A program made the position numbers and the translations under genes. The notes under the pieces are model-generated. The model ran no database searches, had not been told where the DNA came from, and was given only the letters and a program-made list of their open reading frames with translations. A stretch of 61,199 bases of DNA, the filler included, from Platydemus manokwari (lineage: Eukaryota): NCBI GenBank assembly GCA_037951405.1. It is 5 parts of 5 records of this genome, joined end to end, with 100 filler letters (N's around TTAATTAATTAA, not from the genome) between each part and the next. Parts side by side here need not be neighbours in the genome. Positions count along the whole stretch, not along the records: positions 1 to 19,611 come from JBBMOY011833611.1; 4 more parts are not named here. One strand, given 5' to 3'. Below, piece after piece: positions 1 to 13,400 of the stretch. How positions within the stretch are numbered: the first letter of the stretch is position 1; every line of letters begins with the position of its first letter.

Positions 1-604
1 TTTTTTTTCGTGGAATTCAATCGTTGCCTAAAAGATGGGCCAATGTCATATCTGCAAATAGAAAATATTTTGATTGAATTTCATTAAATAAATATTTTAA
101 AAAATGTTTTTTGTTTTTAAAAAAAAAGCCGGAATCATACTAATACACCTAATATATAAATTAATGTTATGAATTTTTATTATAACGAATGAGATTTCTG
201 AAAATATTATATTTTATTTATATTCAATTCTCTATAGAAAATTATAAACCAAAACAATTAATTTCAGTTATAAGTTTATAATATTTCAATCGTCAATTAA
301 TATTTTCCAGATTATTACTGACATGTCCCTCCTAAGCTATGAGTTAGATTTTACTATTATGCTGTAGCCTATTTAATTTTTTTAATGGGTTTTGACTTTT
401 TCGATTTATATATTAAATGGCTGAAATGATCTTTGAAACTGTTTTGTCTAGTAAATTATGTTTTTATACTATGTTGTTTAATCGAATTCCAAATCTTGTT
501 TGTGAAAGTATTTTAATGTTGTGAAAAAATAGAGATATCACTAAAAGTTTTTTTCGGATCAGTGAAGGAGTTTTCAGTGTCGAGTGAATTTAATTTTAAA
601 GCTA

Positions 605-767
605 TGTTTTGTCACTAACAGACATCTTAAGAAATGAAATATTAACTGAATTATACGAATAAATCTAACATCGAAATGACATATAAAAGAAGTTATAAAA
701 TAATCTCATGCGCGAAAATTCATTATTATGAAAGTAGGTCGAAGGGCTCTTTTTCTTAACTTAAGCC
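605..767. mobile_element. Terminal part of an 8-bp-TSD MITE family copy
   Basis: Matches ~38050-38215 (GACATCTTAA...TCTCATGCGCGAAAATT...AAAGTAGGTC) and ends in the TIR TTTTCTTAACTTAAGCC. The other end was not found. Confidence 0.75.
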
Positions 768-3700
768 CAATAAATTAAATAACAAACTAGTTTGCAGTAC
801 AAAACAGAGGCAGTAGTTTCAAGGCCAAATATTAATGATTTACAAATATAAATGATTTAAACAATTACGTGTTCCTGTGTTAAATTCTTTAACATCAATG
901 AAGTTTTCTCTAACCCAGAACCTTGTTTTTAAAGTAATAATGAAAAGATTTAATTAAGATTGTGTGAAATTTGTGAGAGACATCGCTTTGCAATAAAATT
1001 ATAAATAATAACTCAAAGACAACAGATAAATTCAAAAAACTATATTATAATTAAATAAGCACTTATTACTAAATAATCACTGCATTTTCCATTGAGTGTA
1101 GAAAGAGTCGTAAAAATAGAACGAACTTAATGATAACAATCACATAAATTTAATATAGTGATGATACAAAACTAGGTTAAATAAACGAATAAACGCGTTC
1201 ATACCGGTTTTATTACATAACATTAACAGTAAATAAAGATTTAAAATTAAATTAATGAATCAGTTTATTCCGAATTAAAAAAAATACTTTGAATCAAACT
1301 TATTTATTAAAATATTAAAACAAAAAAACAATTATTTAAAATCCGATTATACTATGAATATATTAACATTCACTTAAATAATTTTAATATATACTTTGAT
1401 TTTTTGATAGTTTCATTTTAATACACAGAACCATTAATTAATTGTATGAACATTCACAAATATAAATATCATTAAATATGAATTTAACAAAAATACATAA
1501 CTTAAGAAGAAACCATATTAACTAATATTTTTAAATAAAAGGAAAAGACAACATGATGACCATAGGAATCCATCAGATGCTATTACAGATGATATTGCAT
1601 TCAAAGAAAGAAAACTGAAAGACGAATAAATGAATCAATTGAACAAGTGAACATATTAAGTCTATTGAATAAAACATGACACAGGTTATGAAGTAAAAAA
1701 TGTAAAATTTAAAGCAATTAGTAATAATTTATTTTGAGATCTATTTAACTACAGATCTAAATGATGTCGAGGACAATCAATTATTTCTAAACAAATTTAT
1801 AGACATTATTCTACCAAAGGGTGCAAGCTATATGAAATATTTGTGGAGAACTAACCGAGCCATTTTGACCCAACCAAAACATAAAATAAATAAAAATAAT
1901 AATATAATTTTTTTTTAAAATACAAAAATATCCCTAAACATTTTAAAATTTGTTTTACTGCACCAAAACTTGTCGTCACTAAGGTCATTAAGTTTTTGAT
2001 TATTCGAGGTAATGATTAGACTTAGATAATTATTCATTACTGATATTGAATTTATTTGCGATGGTTGAGCATTGAGATTTATTAATAAAGGGTAACAAAT
2101 TGGTATTATATTATCGAATAAAAATATAAAAATTTGATAAAAGATCATAAAGATAAATTCATGGCAACAGTTTATTAAATGATGAAATTATCAGTGATAA
2201 GGAAAACGTATGTAAATAGTACATAACTTTTATTATCTTTATTTCATGTTTAAAACAAAGAGTTCTCAGTGTCTTTATTTACCCAACTAATACCAAAAAG
2301 ATCGACGTAACAGGGTTAACGGTATAATTAATAAAACTGATTTTAAAAAAGTAGGAAATGAAACGAAGGTGATGTTTCACTTTAGAAATGTATGAAATAT
2401 TGTAGGTTTATAAAATACGGTTGTTTATAGAATAATTGAAACATGTGCAGTTGAATTCTGATTAATCCAATAAATTTGTGGTAATGAAAAAGAATTACTG
2501 GCAATAATGTTCATGAAAAATTATGGTGTGGTTATCGTGTATTTTGTAGTAATCAAATTTCTCATCTCAGTTTCTGTACAAGCAAAGGAGCTGATTCGTT
2601 TAATATAATCACACTAAGTCCTCTATGATAGGCTGAAAGTTTATTATGTAATCAGAATAAGTGCGACTTACTGACAATTGGCTGCGATTATAATTATATT
2701 TCTGCTCACCTGACTAACAATGATTTATTCATGTCCTTGTTTTGTATTATGAACATTTCTTATTACTAATTCTGATGCCTTTATTAATTTTTGTAATTAT
2801 AATTTCTAAAATTAAATACTTTTATACAGTTTTTATTTATATTATAACTTTCTATGGTATTTTTTTCTCATTGTCTTTTATTTTTATTGATACTAATTGC
2901 TTATTATTTACTATTAGTGTTGTAGCCGAGTCGATTCTAGTTCTGATTATGACATATCGCCCACTGAAGTCTTTTAGACCCGAAAACAAAGAAAAGAGAG
3001 AAGCTCTTAAATTTTCCTGTCTATTAATTTTCTATATCAAACGTTTATAACTACAACACCGATAAACATAAATCACTGAGATTTATTTTATTTCTCAACC
3101 TTGCTCTGGATGTTTATTTTTCAATATTGCTTCTAGTTTGAAACTTCGGCATATCTCGAGGTGATTAATAGCTAATAGTTTATTGATATTTAAAATATCG
3201 ATAACATAATGTCGAAAGTCGTTGATCCTAATTGTTGCATTGGAATATTTTGCAATTCTGGCATGTTGAAGAAATGATGATTTCTGTTGGTTTGAGTTCC
3301 TTGGCTCCATTTATATTAGGTCTGGCTAATTTTGTTGGACTGTTATGCAAATTGTCTGTAATGAGATCGATTTATTTCAGGTAATTTGTTAAGGATAATC
3401 CTCATCGGCATGCGATATGTATTGATATTCTGTTCCAATTTCTAGGAAAATATTTTGGATTTGACTGGTTTACCGATCGAAGGCGGGTTATCTGGTCATG
3501 TTTTTAATGGTCTTGATTCTATCTTATTCGGATAAGCCAACCTTTTTTCCATGTCTAGATAAATTGCTTAATATGTAGTTACTCTTTTGTTTACATGCAG
3601 ATAATTCATCGGATACATTCCGATATAGAAGTCAGAGGAAAAGATCATGCTTAAATACAAAGGACATCGTTGCCAGTAAATATAATGTGGAAATGTTTTA

Positions 3701-3849
3701 AATATTGTGAAGATTATTTAATTGAAATTTTAAATATAAAATATTGATTTTCAAAAATAAATATGGATTTAATAAAGTTAAATACTGAATATCAAAATTT
3801 AAGAGTTTCAATGATTAAAATACAACCAAAACGCTGAATAATTTGATCG

Positions 3850-5180
3850 TATTTGCTCTACCTCAACACAGCCTAATTACGGGATACAGATGTGGATTTT
3901 AGAAAACCTTTACCATAGTGAATAATTATTACTTGATAGAATGAAAACCTTTTTATAAAGAAGGAAATCAGAATTGGCAGACACTTTATCTTAAAACGAT
4001 AACATCATATCACAAGATAGAAAACTTGATCCTTACCTAATAGACCATTGTTTGGAAGAATCGAAGTTAGACGAAAAAATATGTGGGTGTCGACGAGTTA
4101 TCGAAATCTAAAAAGTATAAAATGTGAACACAGTGAGATCAAAGGAATAAGCAACAAGAAGTAACATTAAAATCGAAGAAGCAATGCAAGTAGATAAAAT
4201 ATCATTTATTCCTGAAAAATCCATGTCATCACAAATTAAAGTCTGGATTGATTTTCAAAAAATATTTGTAATAGAGTTAATCTGGAATAAGATTCTTTTA
4301 AATAAAGAAATAAAAAACTAAGGAAAATAGATACTGTTATATTTGAAAAATAACAGCTAAATTTGGAAGGAGTGCTAATGATGAAGACAATTTCCAGAAA
4401 ACTAAAGAGTGCTTTACACTGAAAGACTACTTTCGTTTATTTAAGATTATCAGAAATATTTGAGACTGTTAAAATGCTCGAATGATCAAAATAGATGAAG
4501 AATTTAAAAATAGTCTTAGGAATCTGTGGCTATTTACGGAAATTAATACATAATTAGTTAAGGAATATTGTCTGAAAGGAATAGTAAATAAACCAATTCG
4601 GTGAAAAGAAACGAAGAATACTTTGAAAGAAGCACTAATATTACTACTTCCGAGCTAAAGATAAAGCATTTAAACTCGACACCGATACTGATTTTGACAG
4701 GATAAGGTAAATTTTATCGAAAAAAATGACCAAAAAAATTAATGTGTAATTAAAAACTAAAATTAAAAACCAAATACAAATAATTCTGTAGTACTAGAAT
4801 TCTATAGAAATGATTGAATTATCAAGGTCGTCGCAATATAAATATGATTTTCAGAAAAGGTGTGCATCATAGAAATGCAGATATGCTCTCAAGAAATACA
4901 CATGACGCATATTCACAATGCTTGATTAAATACAAGAATGGCATATCAATAATGTGGAAATAAGATTATTAAAAAACATTTGAAGAATACTGAATGATCA
5001 ATATATACTCGAAGAAGACATTTTAAAGACAAAAGATAACAAAATTTAGACACCATCAATTGAAAGAAAGTAATGTTAGAATATTCTCTCAAATTGTTGT
5101 GTCACTCAGGAACAGAGAAGATTATAAGATAGACAAGAAACAATATTGTTATTATAAAATGGTTATAAGTGGAATACCAC
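3850..5180 (+). mobile_element. Decayed Ty3/Gypsy pol fragment (RT, RNase H, integrase N-terminus)
   Basis: FRKGVHHRNADMLSR at 4850-4894 is the RNase H C-terminal motif. A degenerate RT motif (..SYRNLK) lies near 4081 and LCHSG near 5097. There are many stops; boundaries are approximate. Confidence 0.65.
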
Positions 5181-6138
5181 TATATTTATAAATAAAAGTA
5201 TAGAAATTATTTTCTTATTCAAAGATTCAAGATAAAATATTATTAAATTAAATATTAATCCAATATAATTATATTTTCTAGCAACAGTTATGTCCAAATA
5301 TCATCAACGGATTTATTAACAATAATCCTTCGCAGAGGTTGTGAGTAATCGAATAGTTGTACAAATGTATCTCGTTGTGTAGTATTAAAATCTCTGTATA
5401 TTTTTATTTGGTGTATTTTATTATTTCAAAAGTGTTATCAATATAAGTGTTAGCAAAATCTGACTTGGTTATTGGTGGTATAATGATCACATTTATTTCG
5501 ACAAAGGAATCATCCATTATCGTTTATCAAAGGTTAGTGAAGTTTATAAATAAGAGAATGATAGAGGTAACAATAAGGTACAACAAATCAAATGAGGCAA
5601 CTAAAGTTAAATTTAGCAATTATAAAAAAAAACATTATTTACACCGCTTTACTTATTTCCGTAAAAATTTATGAACGTCGAGGTGAAAGAAGGTCAAGAA
5701 ATTAAGATAAACTTACTAACTAAGGGTCAAATGAAACTCAAGGTATCCGTTGTGCACATCAAAATATTAACTTGATCCTTTAATATTATAATTAACACGG
5801 TTAGAATATTATATCAATAAATTTTATTATCAATTCATAAATATAAATAATATTTAATAGACATACAAAAAAAATGCACACATAAAATGTCCAATAGTAG
5901 GTTCAACCAATTTCAGGACATCAGATAATGATGAATCACAATCATGATTTTATTACCTTTGATATTTTTTGAGAAACGATTCTTTATGACTATCTAATTT
6001 TATTTCATTGTTTCAAAAATTTCATTGAGTTTCTTCTAACATTGACATGTCATCCAAAGTCCTTCAATTAAGATCCATCTTAGAAATAGGTTTGAGACAA
6101 AAATGAAGAAAATTATTTTTATATTCAATACAATACAG

Positions 6139-6221
6139 CAGAGGTGGCCAACTTTTGTGTACGTAAGATCGACTTTTCATTTGAATAACATCTCACGCGA
6201 TCGACCGGTTGGCCACCCCTG
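6139..6221. mobile_element. 83-bp hAT (Charlie-type) non-autonomous mini-element
   Basis: TIRs CAGAGGTGGCCAAC and GTTGGCCACCCCTG (13/14 match). 8-bp TSD CAATACAG / CTATACAG (1 mismatch). Confidence 0.8.
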
Positions 6222-7433
6222 CTATACAGTATGGAAATTTTTCACGTTCTTGACGACATGGACTGACGTTATTGATAAAATTGATATTATAATCCTGATT
6301 CGAGGTTGACAGTGTTGTAAATCCTTCTGATATTTATTTGTAAATCTAGAATTATGTTTAGCATGTTATGACATTGAGAAAGAGAAAGTTCATATTTTAC
6401 TGACATTCGATAAGATAATAGTAAATATTATTTGTATAAATGTTGAAAATAAGACAATGTTCATTTTTAGAAACATTCCATGTAGATGTTTGATAACTGA
6501 TTAAATCCTTCCTAATTTGAATGTGTGATAGGAATTGTTTAATTGTACATGAAAGCTACACGAATCGCATGTTTGATAAAGTTTTAAATTAATAAATAGA
6601 AGTCGTATCATTAACTTTGAATATTAATGACAAATTTTTAGTTCTCAGACTAAATTCACACAATTTTTAATGAATGGTTTTCATATATAAGCATTGGTAC
6701 TGCGTCATGTGGTTTGAGAAAATCAAAATTCATTACAAGAAATTGTGTTTTCTTCATTGAAAGCTGTTAATCACGTATCATCAAATCAATATCATTTTTC
6801 TTACCGAAAAACCTGATTAAATTAATTGATCAAGAATAAAAGCTTAGAATATTAATGCTAAGATGTAGTATAAGATTTCCCATTGATATATTTTATAATT
6901 CGTGATAGTGTAATCTATAATTCTTTATAAAGTTGAAAAATGTAAATATTTTTTGAACACGGATACGAAGCTCGGATAATTTTTTGGATTCCATGGAAAT
7001 CATTGAAAATGTTCTCCAAATTTAACTCAAGTTGAAGTTCCAAGTTGAAATCATAAAATATCCAGATCGGAAACATTTTATAAATAATTTGTATCCATAA
7101 AAATAATACGTTTATCAATCAATATTCTCAAGTTATCATCGAGTTGATATTCAAACAGTCCTACTTTTCAGAAAAAGAATTAAAGCAATCAGTCGCTGAT
7201 AACCTTTGCAATTGTCAAACGTGAGAAACAACTCCATCAATGACTAGAGGCTATAACGCAGATAATTTATAACAATACGATTATAGATTCACGTATAATT
7301 CCTAATTGATACATAATAGCTAATAATAGTTTTGATCAGATACACACAAAGTTTAATTGTCAAGTCAGATAGACAGAAACAATATTTAATTGAGATTTAT
7401 TTATTTGTCTTTAAAATATTTTTATTCAACCTG

Positions 7434-7610
7434 ATGAGTTATAACAGAGTCGTATCAAAGGTGGTAAGTATTTGAAATACAATTTTGATAATAATTCTTT
7501 ATTATAATAACCCATTATTTTAATTATAATAATTTAATAATAATTGATTACAAAACTATATATTTGTTATTTATTTTATCTGCCTGATATTAATAATAAT
7601 GATAATAATG

Positions 7611-7658
<48 letters not shown>

Positions 7659-10600
7659 TTCTCAATTTAACTGTGACATTGAATATTTCGTAATTGATTT
7701 TATCTGTCTAGGCGACTACCACAACAACTGTGAAAGGTATTATTTTTGTTTAATATTTATTGTCCCTTCAACATCAGTTACAAATTAGGAAGCTCGGGAA
7801 AAGTAACTGAAACAAAAACTGTACAAATTGAATCAAAGTCACCAAAGAAAGTACAATAATAACTTGAAATGAGACATTGTATCCGTTATATATTCTAGAT
7901 TCCAATCGCAACCAAATCCTATGATGATTTATTATCAGAATTAAAAGGTAAAGGAAAGCTCTACGAAGATCCTGATTTTCCTGCTGATACCAGTTCTGTT
8001 TTTGTCAGTAGAAGTAGTAAAAATTATAGAGAATTTGTATGGAAAAGACCACACGAGATTTGTAAGAATCCTCAATTATTTGCAGATGGTGTCAGTAGAT
8101 TTGATGTCAAACAAGGAACTCTAGGTTAGAATTTCTAAGAATAAATCATTGAATTTATGTATACATTTGACAAGGCGATTGTTGGCTATTGGCTGTCGTA
8201 GCATCATTATCAATGCATGAACAGCTATTCAAAAATGTTGTTCCACCAAATCAAAATTTTGACAGTGATTATATTGGTGCGTTTCATTTTCGAATATGGA
8301 AATTCGGAAAATGGGTTGATGTCATTGTCGATGATAAACTACCTACATTAAGAGGGAAATTAGTTTTCATGCATTCAGCTGATTCTAACGAATTCTGGTC
8401 GGCGCTTTTAGAAAAGGCTTATGCAAAGTACTTATAATTTATAGTTGATGAAGAAATAGAATGGGTTGTGTAGAATATGTGGAACATTCGAAGCATTAAA
8501 TGGAGGAAGTCAAATTGAGGCTATGGAAGACTTTACTGGAGGTCTATGTGATAAAATCAAACTAAATGATAAAGAGAGACCTGCGAACTTATTTCAACAA
8601 ATGCTTAAATTTCAAAAGCAATCTTCTCTGATGGGTTGTGCAATCGAGGTATTACACTCAATTAATTAAATATTTCATAGGATTGTTTCTAGTCATCGAA
8701 GATTGAGGCAATTTTACCTAATGGTCTTATTACTGGTCATGCTTATAGTCTGACTAAGGTCCAAGAGGTTTGGATTAACCTCGATGTAAAATGTTATTTG
8801 TTCTTTGTGTCAGACCACACTTTTAGATGGAACAAAGGTCGAATTGGTTCGAATTCGTAATCCATGGGGAAATGAAAAAGAATGGAAAGGTAGCTGGAGT
8901 GATCATTCTGAAGAATGGGAAAGTCTCTCCACTGAAAACAAAGAAGCATTATGTTCTAGTTTTGCAAATGATGGTGAATTTTGGTATGTAGTTGATCTCG
9001 AAAATGAATTTAATTTCCTATTTATTTTCAAATTAGGATGACTTATTCAGATTTCGTCCAAAATTTCACGAAATTAGAGGTATGTCATTTAGGTCCAGAG
9101 AGCTTGGAAACTGAAATGGATGGTAAAAGGACTTGGGAAAGATCGATTGAAGAAGGATCATGGCTTAAGAATGTAACAGCTGGAGGTTGTCAAAACTTTC
9201 TCGGTGAGAAATGATGTGTTTTATTTTAATTTAACTTGATTTTTTTAGATTCTTTCGTTACCAATCATCAATATCGGATTGAAGTAGTAGATCCAGATGA
9301 TGACGAAGAAATGGGAACAGTGATTATTGGTCTAATGCAAAAGGATATGCGACAGAGAAACCTTGATTTCCATGTCATTGGATATGTAATATATAAAGTA
9401 ATTTTTATTTTATTTCCTTTGCTTTTATAGATTTTTGAATAGCTTAAAGATCCAAATTGTGGAATTCTGGACAAATCATTTTTCAAATTTAATAAATTTA
9501 TTGCGAGATGTCCTGTTTTCACCAACATGAGAGAAGTATGTGGCCGACATAAATTACCACCCGGACATTATGTCATCATACCATCGACATTTAATCCGAA
9601 TTCAGAAGCAGATTTCATCTTGCGTATATTTTCAGAAAAACCTAATAAAACAGAGTTAAAAATTTATATAAATAGTTATTTAAACCAATTTTGGATTTTC
9701 AGTGAACTCGATGTGGCAAGCGGAAAAATAGAAATTTCGAAACATCTGGTAATAATATCAGTTGATGTATTTTGATACATAGCATCTATTTTTGGAATAT
9801 TTTTACATGAATGCATTACCATTAATAAATAATTGAAATAAATATATATTTTTATTATTTATATAAATGCAGTTTCAGATCAAATTAATTATATGAAACT
9901 ACTAAAATTTGTTAGGATATCTTCGAGCTTTAGAACGAACTTTGAAGCAGTATTTAAGAAATCTTAAACATGTTAATCTATAATATCTTTATACCCAGGA
10001 AATGAAAATGTTATCACTGAAAAATGATTATGTTGACAGGCAACTGAGTTCAGCAATCATAATTGAAGTTGAAACTATTGATTTGATCAATAAATAATTG
10101 TGAAACGCAATTAAATATGTTACTAATGACAAAAGATAACATTTTTCTATAAGAGGTTTCATCATGATCAAGTAAAGGTATCAGAATCCAGATTTTCTAT
10201 ACACATATGATATCAGTAATGTTTCTTTCGAATTAACTGGTATGATTGGTTTAGAGTACCACATAATCACATCGCTTAATTAATTTACTGAATACATTGA
10301 AATTACTTCCCATTAAGAAATTAAATATTTTTAAACTTAATATATTTTACAGTCGACGGATTTCTAACTCAAAAAATATTTAGATTCAAAACTTATTGTT
10401 GATGTTGAAAACTTTTAAGATCACAAACGATAATTAAAACAAAATTTAGTGAAGCAACAAGAAATTGTTATATGGCGCAATTAATCTTCATGCCATTTTG
10501 TGATCATAATATCTTGAAATGACTTAAATGAAACCGAGATTTACTATTTTATAAAAATAATATCAGTAATCACTCACTGATATTATTCGACTCGAACATG

Positions 10601-12294
10601 GATAAAAACAGAATTACATAAAGAACAACTTTATTAAATTAAGAAATAAGCGATAACTCTGAACTATTTATCTAGTGATTGAATATTAAAACAAATTTAT
10701 AGGGAAGTTAAATGAATTATTGAGCAACTATAATAGTGAAAGCTTAAATACCTGTCATTAGATTTCAAATAAAAAATTTATGAAGATATTATATTCGTTA
10801 TTTTATTTAAAACTAAGGATAAAATTATTTTATTATTGTTATCTAATTTCAGCTGGACATTCGAAATGATGATGTAAGTTTGAAAGCAATTCAATAAAAT
10901 TTTATTTGTAACAAAGTGATTACATATAGTTTATCTCAATAATTTACATCGAAGTTATTAAAACATTTTAGTGATTACTTTGATTCAACCATAAATGACA
11001 GAAATATCATCATTAAATGTTTAGAATATCAATTTTAAAAACGAAAAAATTCCTAATTTGGAAAAAGAAATCGAAGTCTTATTTAGAAAACTAGCTGGGC
11101 CTCTGGAAGTAATTAATGCTTGTCAGTTGAGAGATATACTAAATTCAATTTTTAAAAAAGGTATAAATAATAATTTTATCGATTCTTATACCTCACATTT
11201 TATAGATCCTCATTTATCCAATATCTTGTATTCATCGCTTATATATTCTTTAGATTCGTTTTCATCCTTTATTAATAATTTATGTCATTACTATTAAATA
11301 TATGTATAATCTATTTATCATTTTCTTTTCAGAAATCAAATCATTCAAAGGATTTGATATGGAAATTTGCAGGAGCATGATAGCTTTATTTGACGTATCC
11401 TTTAAATATAACATGCAATAGCAATCTATAGTACTCACAACGTATAGCATATTCAATGAGAATATTAATATTATTATCATTATCTTAACTGTTTTCATAT
11501 TTATAAAAATATTCTAACAAATAATTGATCTATATATATATATATATATATTTAAAAATTGAAACTTTATATATGATTGACAGCCGATAAATCTCCATTC
11601 AATTGAAATAATGAAAGCATTAGAAAATGGAAAAAATATCACAATCAAAACGAGGTCAGCAACATAATATAAAAAAAAGAATACACAAAATACGATGACA
11701 TGAATGGAAATTCCTGCAATTCATTTAGTTAAAAACATTGATAACATATGAAAATTTATATGCAAGAAATAAATTATTTCCTTCACTCGGTTAAAGGAAG
11801 ACTGTACGGGTAAAATGGAATTTGATAAATTCATGTCATTATTAGCGGATCTACGAATTTGGAAGGTAAAAATTATGATTGATTAAATATATATTTATCA
11901 GTAAACTTTTGTGTAGGCCGCATTCAGAGATTTCGATACCGACGATAATGGCGTGTTCGATGCTTATGAATTTAGAAATGCTCTTAATAGTATTGGTAAG
12001 CAAATTGTTTTTCTTCAAAGTTTGAATAAATTCAATATTTTAGGTCTATCGGTAAGTAATAGTCTGTTTAAAGTAGTTGCCAATCGATATGCTGATCCTG
12101 AAGAAGGTGTCATTAGATTTGAAGATTTCATTATGGCAGCGATAAGATTGGCAAATGCCTTTGAAAGTTTGGAACTCCAACAACAAACCAAAGATAATCA
12201 ATATATATTTTCATCTGAAGAGGTTTCCTTTATTGACAGTGTTTTTATTTTTAATTTATATTTTTAGTACATGGAATCTCTTCTTTATATGTAA
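7434..12294 (+). CDS. CAPN: Classical calpain large subunit (CysPc protease core, C2-like domain III, penta-EF-hand domain), 19 exons, ~720 aa
   Basis: Exons spliced by hand with GT-AG boundaries and consistent phase: 7434-7463, 7712-7736, 7789-7850, 7899-8124, 8175-8427, 8474-8648, 8693-8767, 8814-8983, 9037-9203, 9249-9397, 9443-9654, 9703-9748, 10853-10873, 11025-11160, 11333-11394, 11797-11865, 11917-11995, 12044-12222, 12268-12294 (2163 nt). Motifs: YEDPDFP, QGTLGDCWLLA (Cys 8180-8182), [18 protein letters not shown] (His 8738-8740), RIRNPWG (Asn 8859-8861), [17 protein letters not shown]-hand [12 protein letters not shown]. The first three exons and the 21-nt exon are less certain. Confidence 0.95.
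7591..7658 (+). repeat. (TAA)n microsatellite in calpain intron 1
   Basis: About 22 TAA units with two TGA variants. Confidence 0.95.
11395..11796 (+). other. U12-type (minor spliceosome) GT-AG intron of the calpain gene
   Basis: 5' splice site GTATCCTTT matches the U12 consensus RTATCCTTT. Branch point TTCCTTCAC at 11778-11786 lies 10 nt before the intron end. There is no polypyrimidine tract. The intron splits the EF-hand loop as LFD|EDCTGKM. Confidence 0.88.
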
Positions 12295-12366
12295 TTGTAG
12301 GATTTGCTAGACATTAATGGATTCATATATCTCTTTTAATACATTATCGTTCTTTTATATTAATTA

Positions 12367-12372
12367 AATAAA
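12367..12372 (+). promoter_or_regulatory. Probable polyadenylation signal of calpain
   Basis: AATAAA ~70 nt after the stop codon, followed by a T/GT-rich stretch. AATAAA is common in this AT-rich DNA. Confidence 0.45.
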
Positions 12373-13049
12373 CTTCATTATTTATTTATTTATTCTGTTG
12401 GATGAGTGTTGTTTTAATACGGATAGTAAACTCAGTAGCGTGGAGTCTTGGTAAATGCATTTTAATATATACAATGTGATTGCGAATACTTTGATAACAC
12501 ATGTATAATTAATTTTTAAATTCTTACTGGTAAAATTAACTACACTCTAATTGTACAATCTAGCTCACATAAACGAAGTTGCAATAACCACCCTGAAACC
12601 ATAAAAACTTAACTAAATTCTTTGGATTTTAATTTATAAATTTTTAAATAAGTTATATTTTCAAAAGGGACAAAATTTAATTTTACAATAAGATTTCTTT
12701 ATCAATTAAATGGTCGATTCGTTCAATTTAAAGTTGAATATTGATTATTTCAATCCTAACTGCAAATTCACGGAATTTTCAATAAAAATTAATTGTTGAT
12801 TATATCAACGGTAAATAAAAATTCGAAAATGTCACAAAATCGAAATTCTATATTAATTTTTTCTATTTATATACTTGTCGTCATTGGGGATTTAAATATT
12901 TTTATTATTTTTGGTATTTTGTGCCGCTAACAATTTATTTTTAATATCGAATTTCCGTTATTTTATCTAATTATTTTAATCTTTCTAATTACTGACATCA
13001 CTAAATTTAATTAATTTTAGAGTAGACTACAAAGTGTGAGGAAAGTTTA

Positions 13050-13400
13050 AGAAACCTAAAGAAATAATTATGCGCGGGTAAAGAAGCTTTTGCCAATCCA
13101 TGAGTTCCCTACGCATTTTAAACATTATCTAATGAGGAAGAAATTTGTGGCTCGCACTGATCACAAGGCCTGCCATGCACGAAGAAAACTAACAAACCTG
13201 TTAGCCCTCAGTTTCAAACATTGTTTCAAATTTCAATATCAGAAGGAATCAGATCATGGGAATGCGGATGGAATTTCAAGGATAGGCGAGGCATTCGCCG
13301 AGATACAGTTCTTCACCGAAAACACAGAAAGTCTTTTCTTGTCTCAATGCGAAGACTTATTATGACAAATGCAAGACTAAGCATCAGAGAGAAGTAAATC
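13050..13400 (+). mobile_element. Decayed Ty3/Gypsy RNase H fragment
   Basis: HFKHYLMRKKFVARTDHKA...FQYQKESDHGNADGISR in ORF 13090-13365. Confidence 0.8.

Noticed and set aside
1915-3310. Short hydrophobic Phe/Ile/Leu-rich ORFs here and at 15727, 20767, 37206, 39622, 47665, 49545 and 58048
   Set aside because: Expected by chance in T-rich DNA or on the antisense strand of decayed retroelements. Many start at non-ATG codons and have no motifs.
12223-12267. Last calpain intron starts GTTTCCTTT, one mismatch from the U12 donor
   Set aside because: It is only 45 nt, has a T-rich 3' end and no CCTTRAC branch point. It is more likely U2-type, though a converted U12 intron is not excluded.
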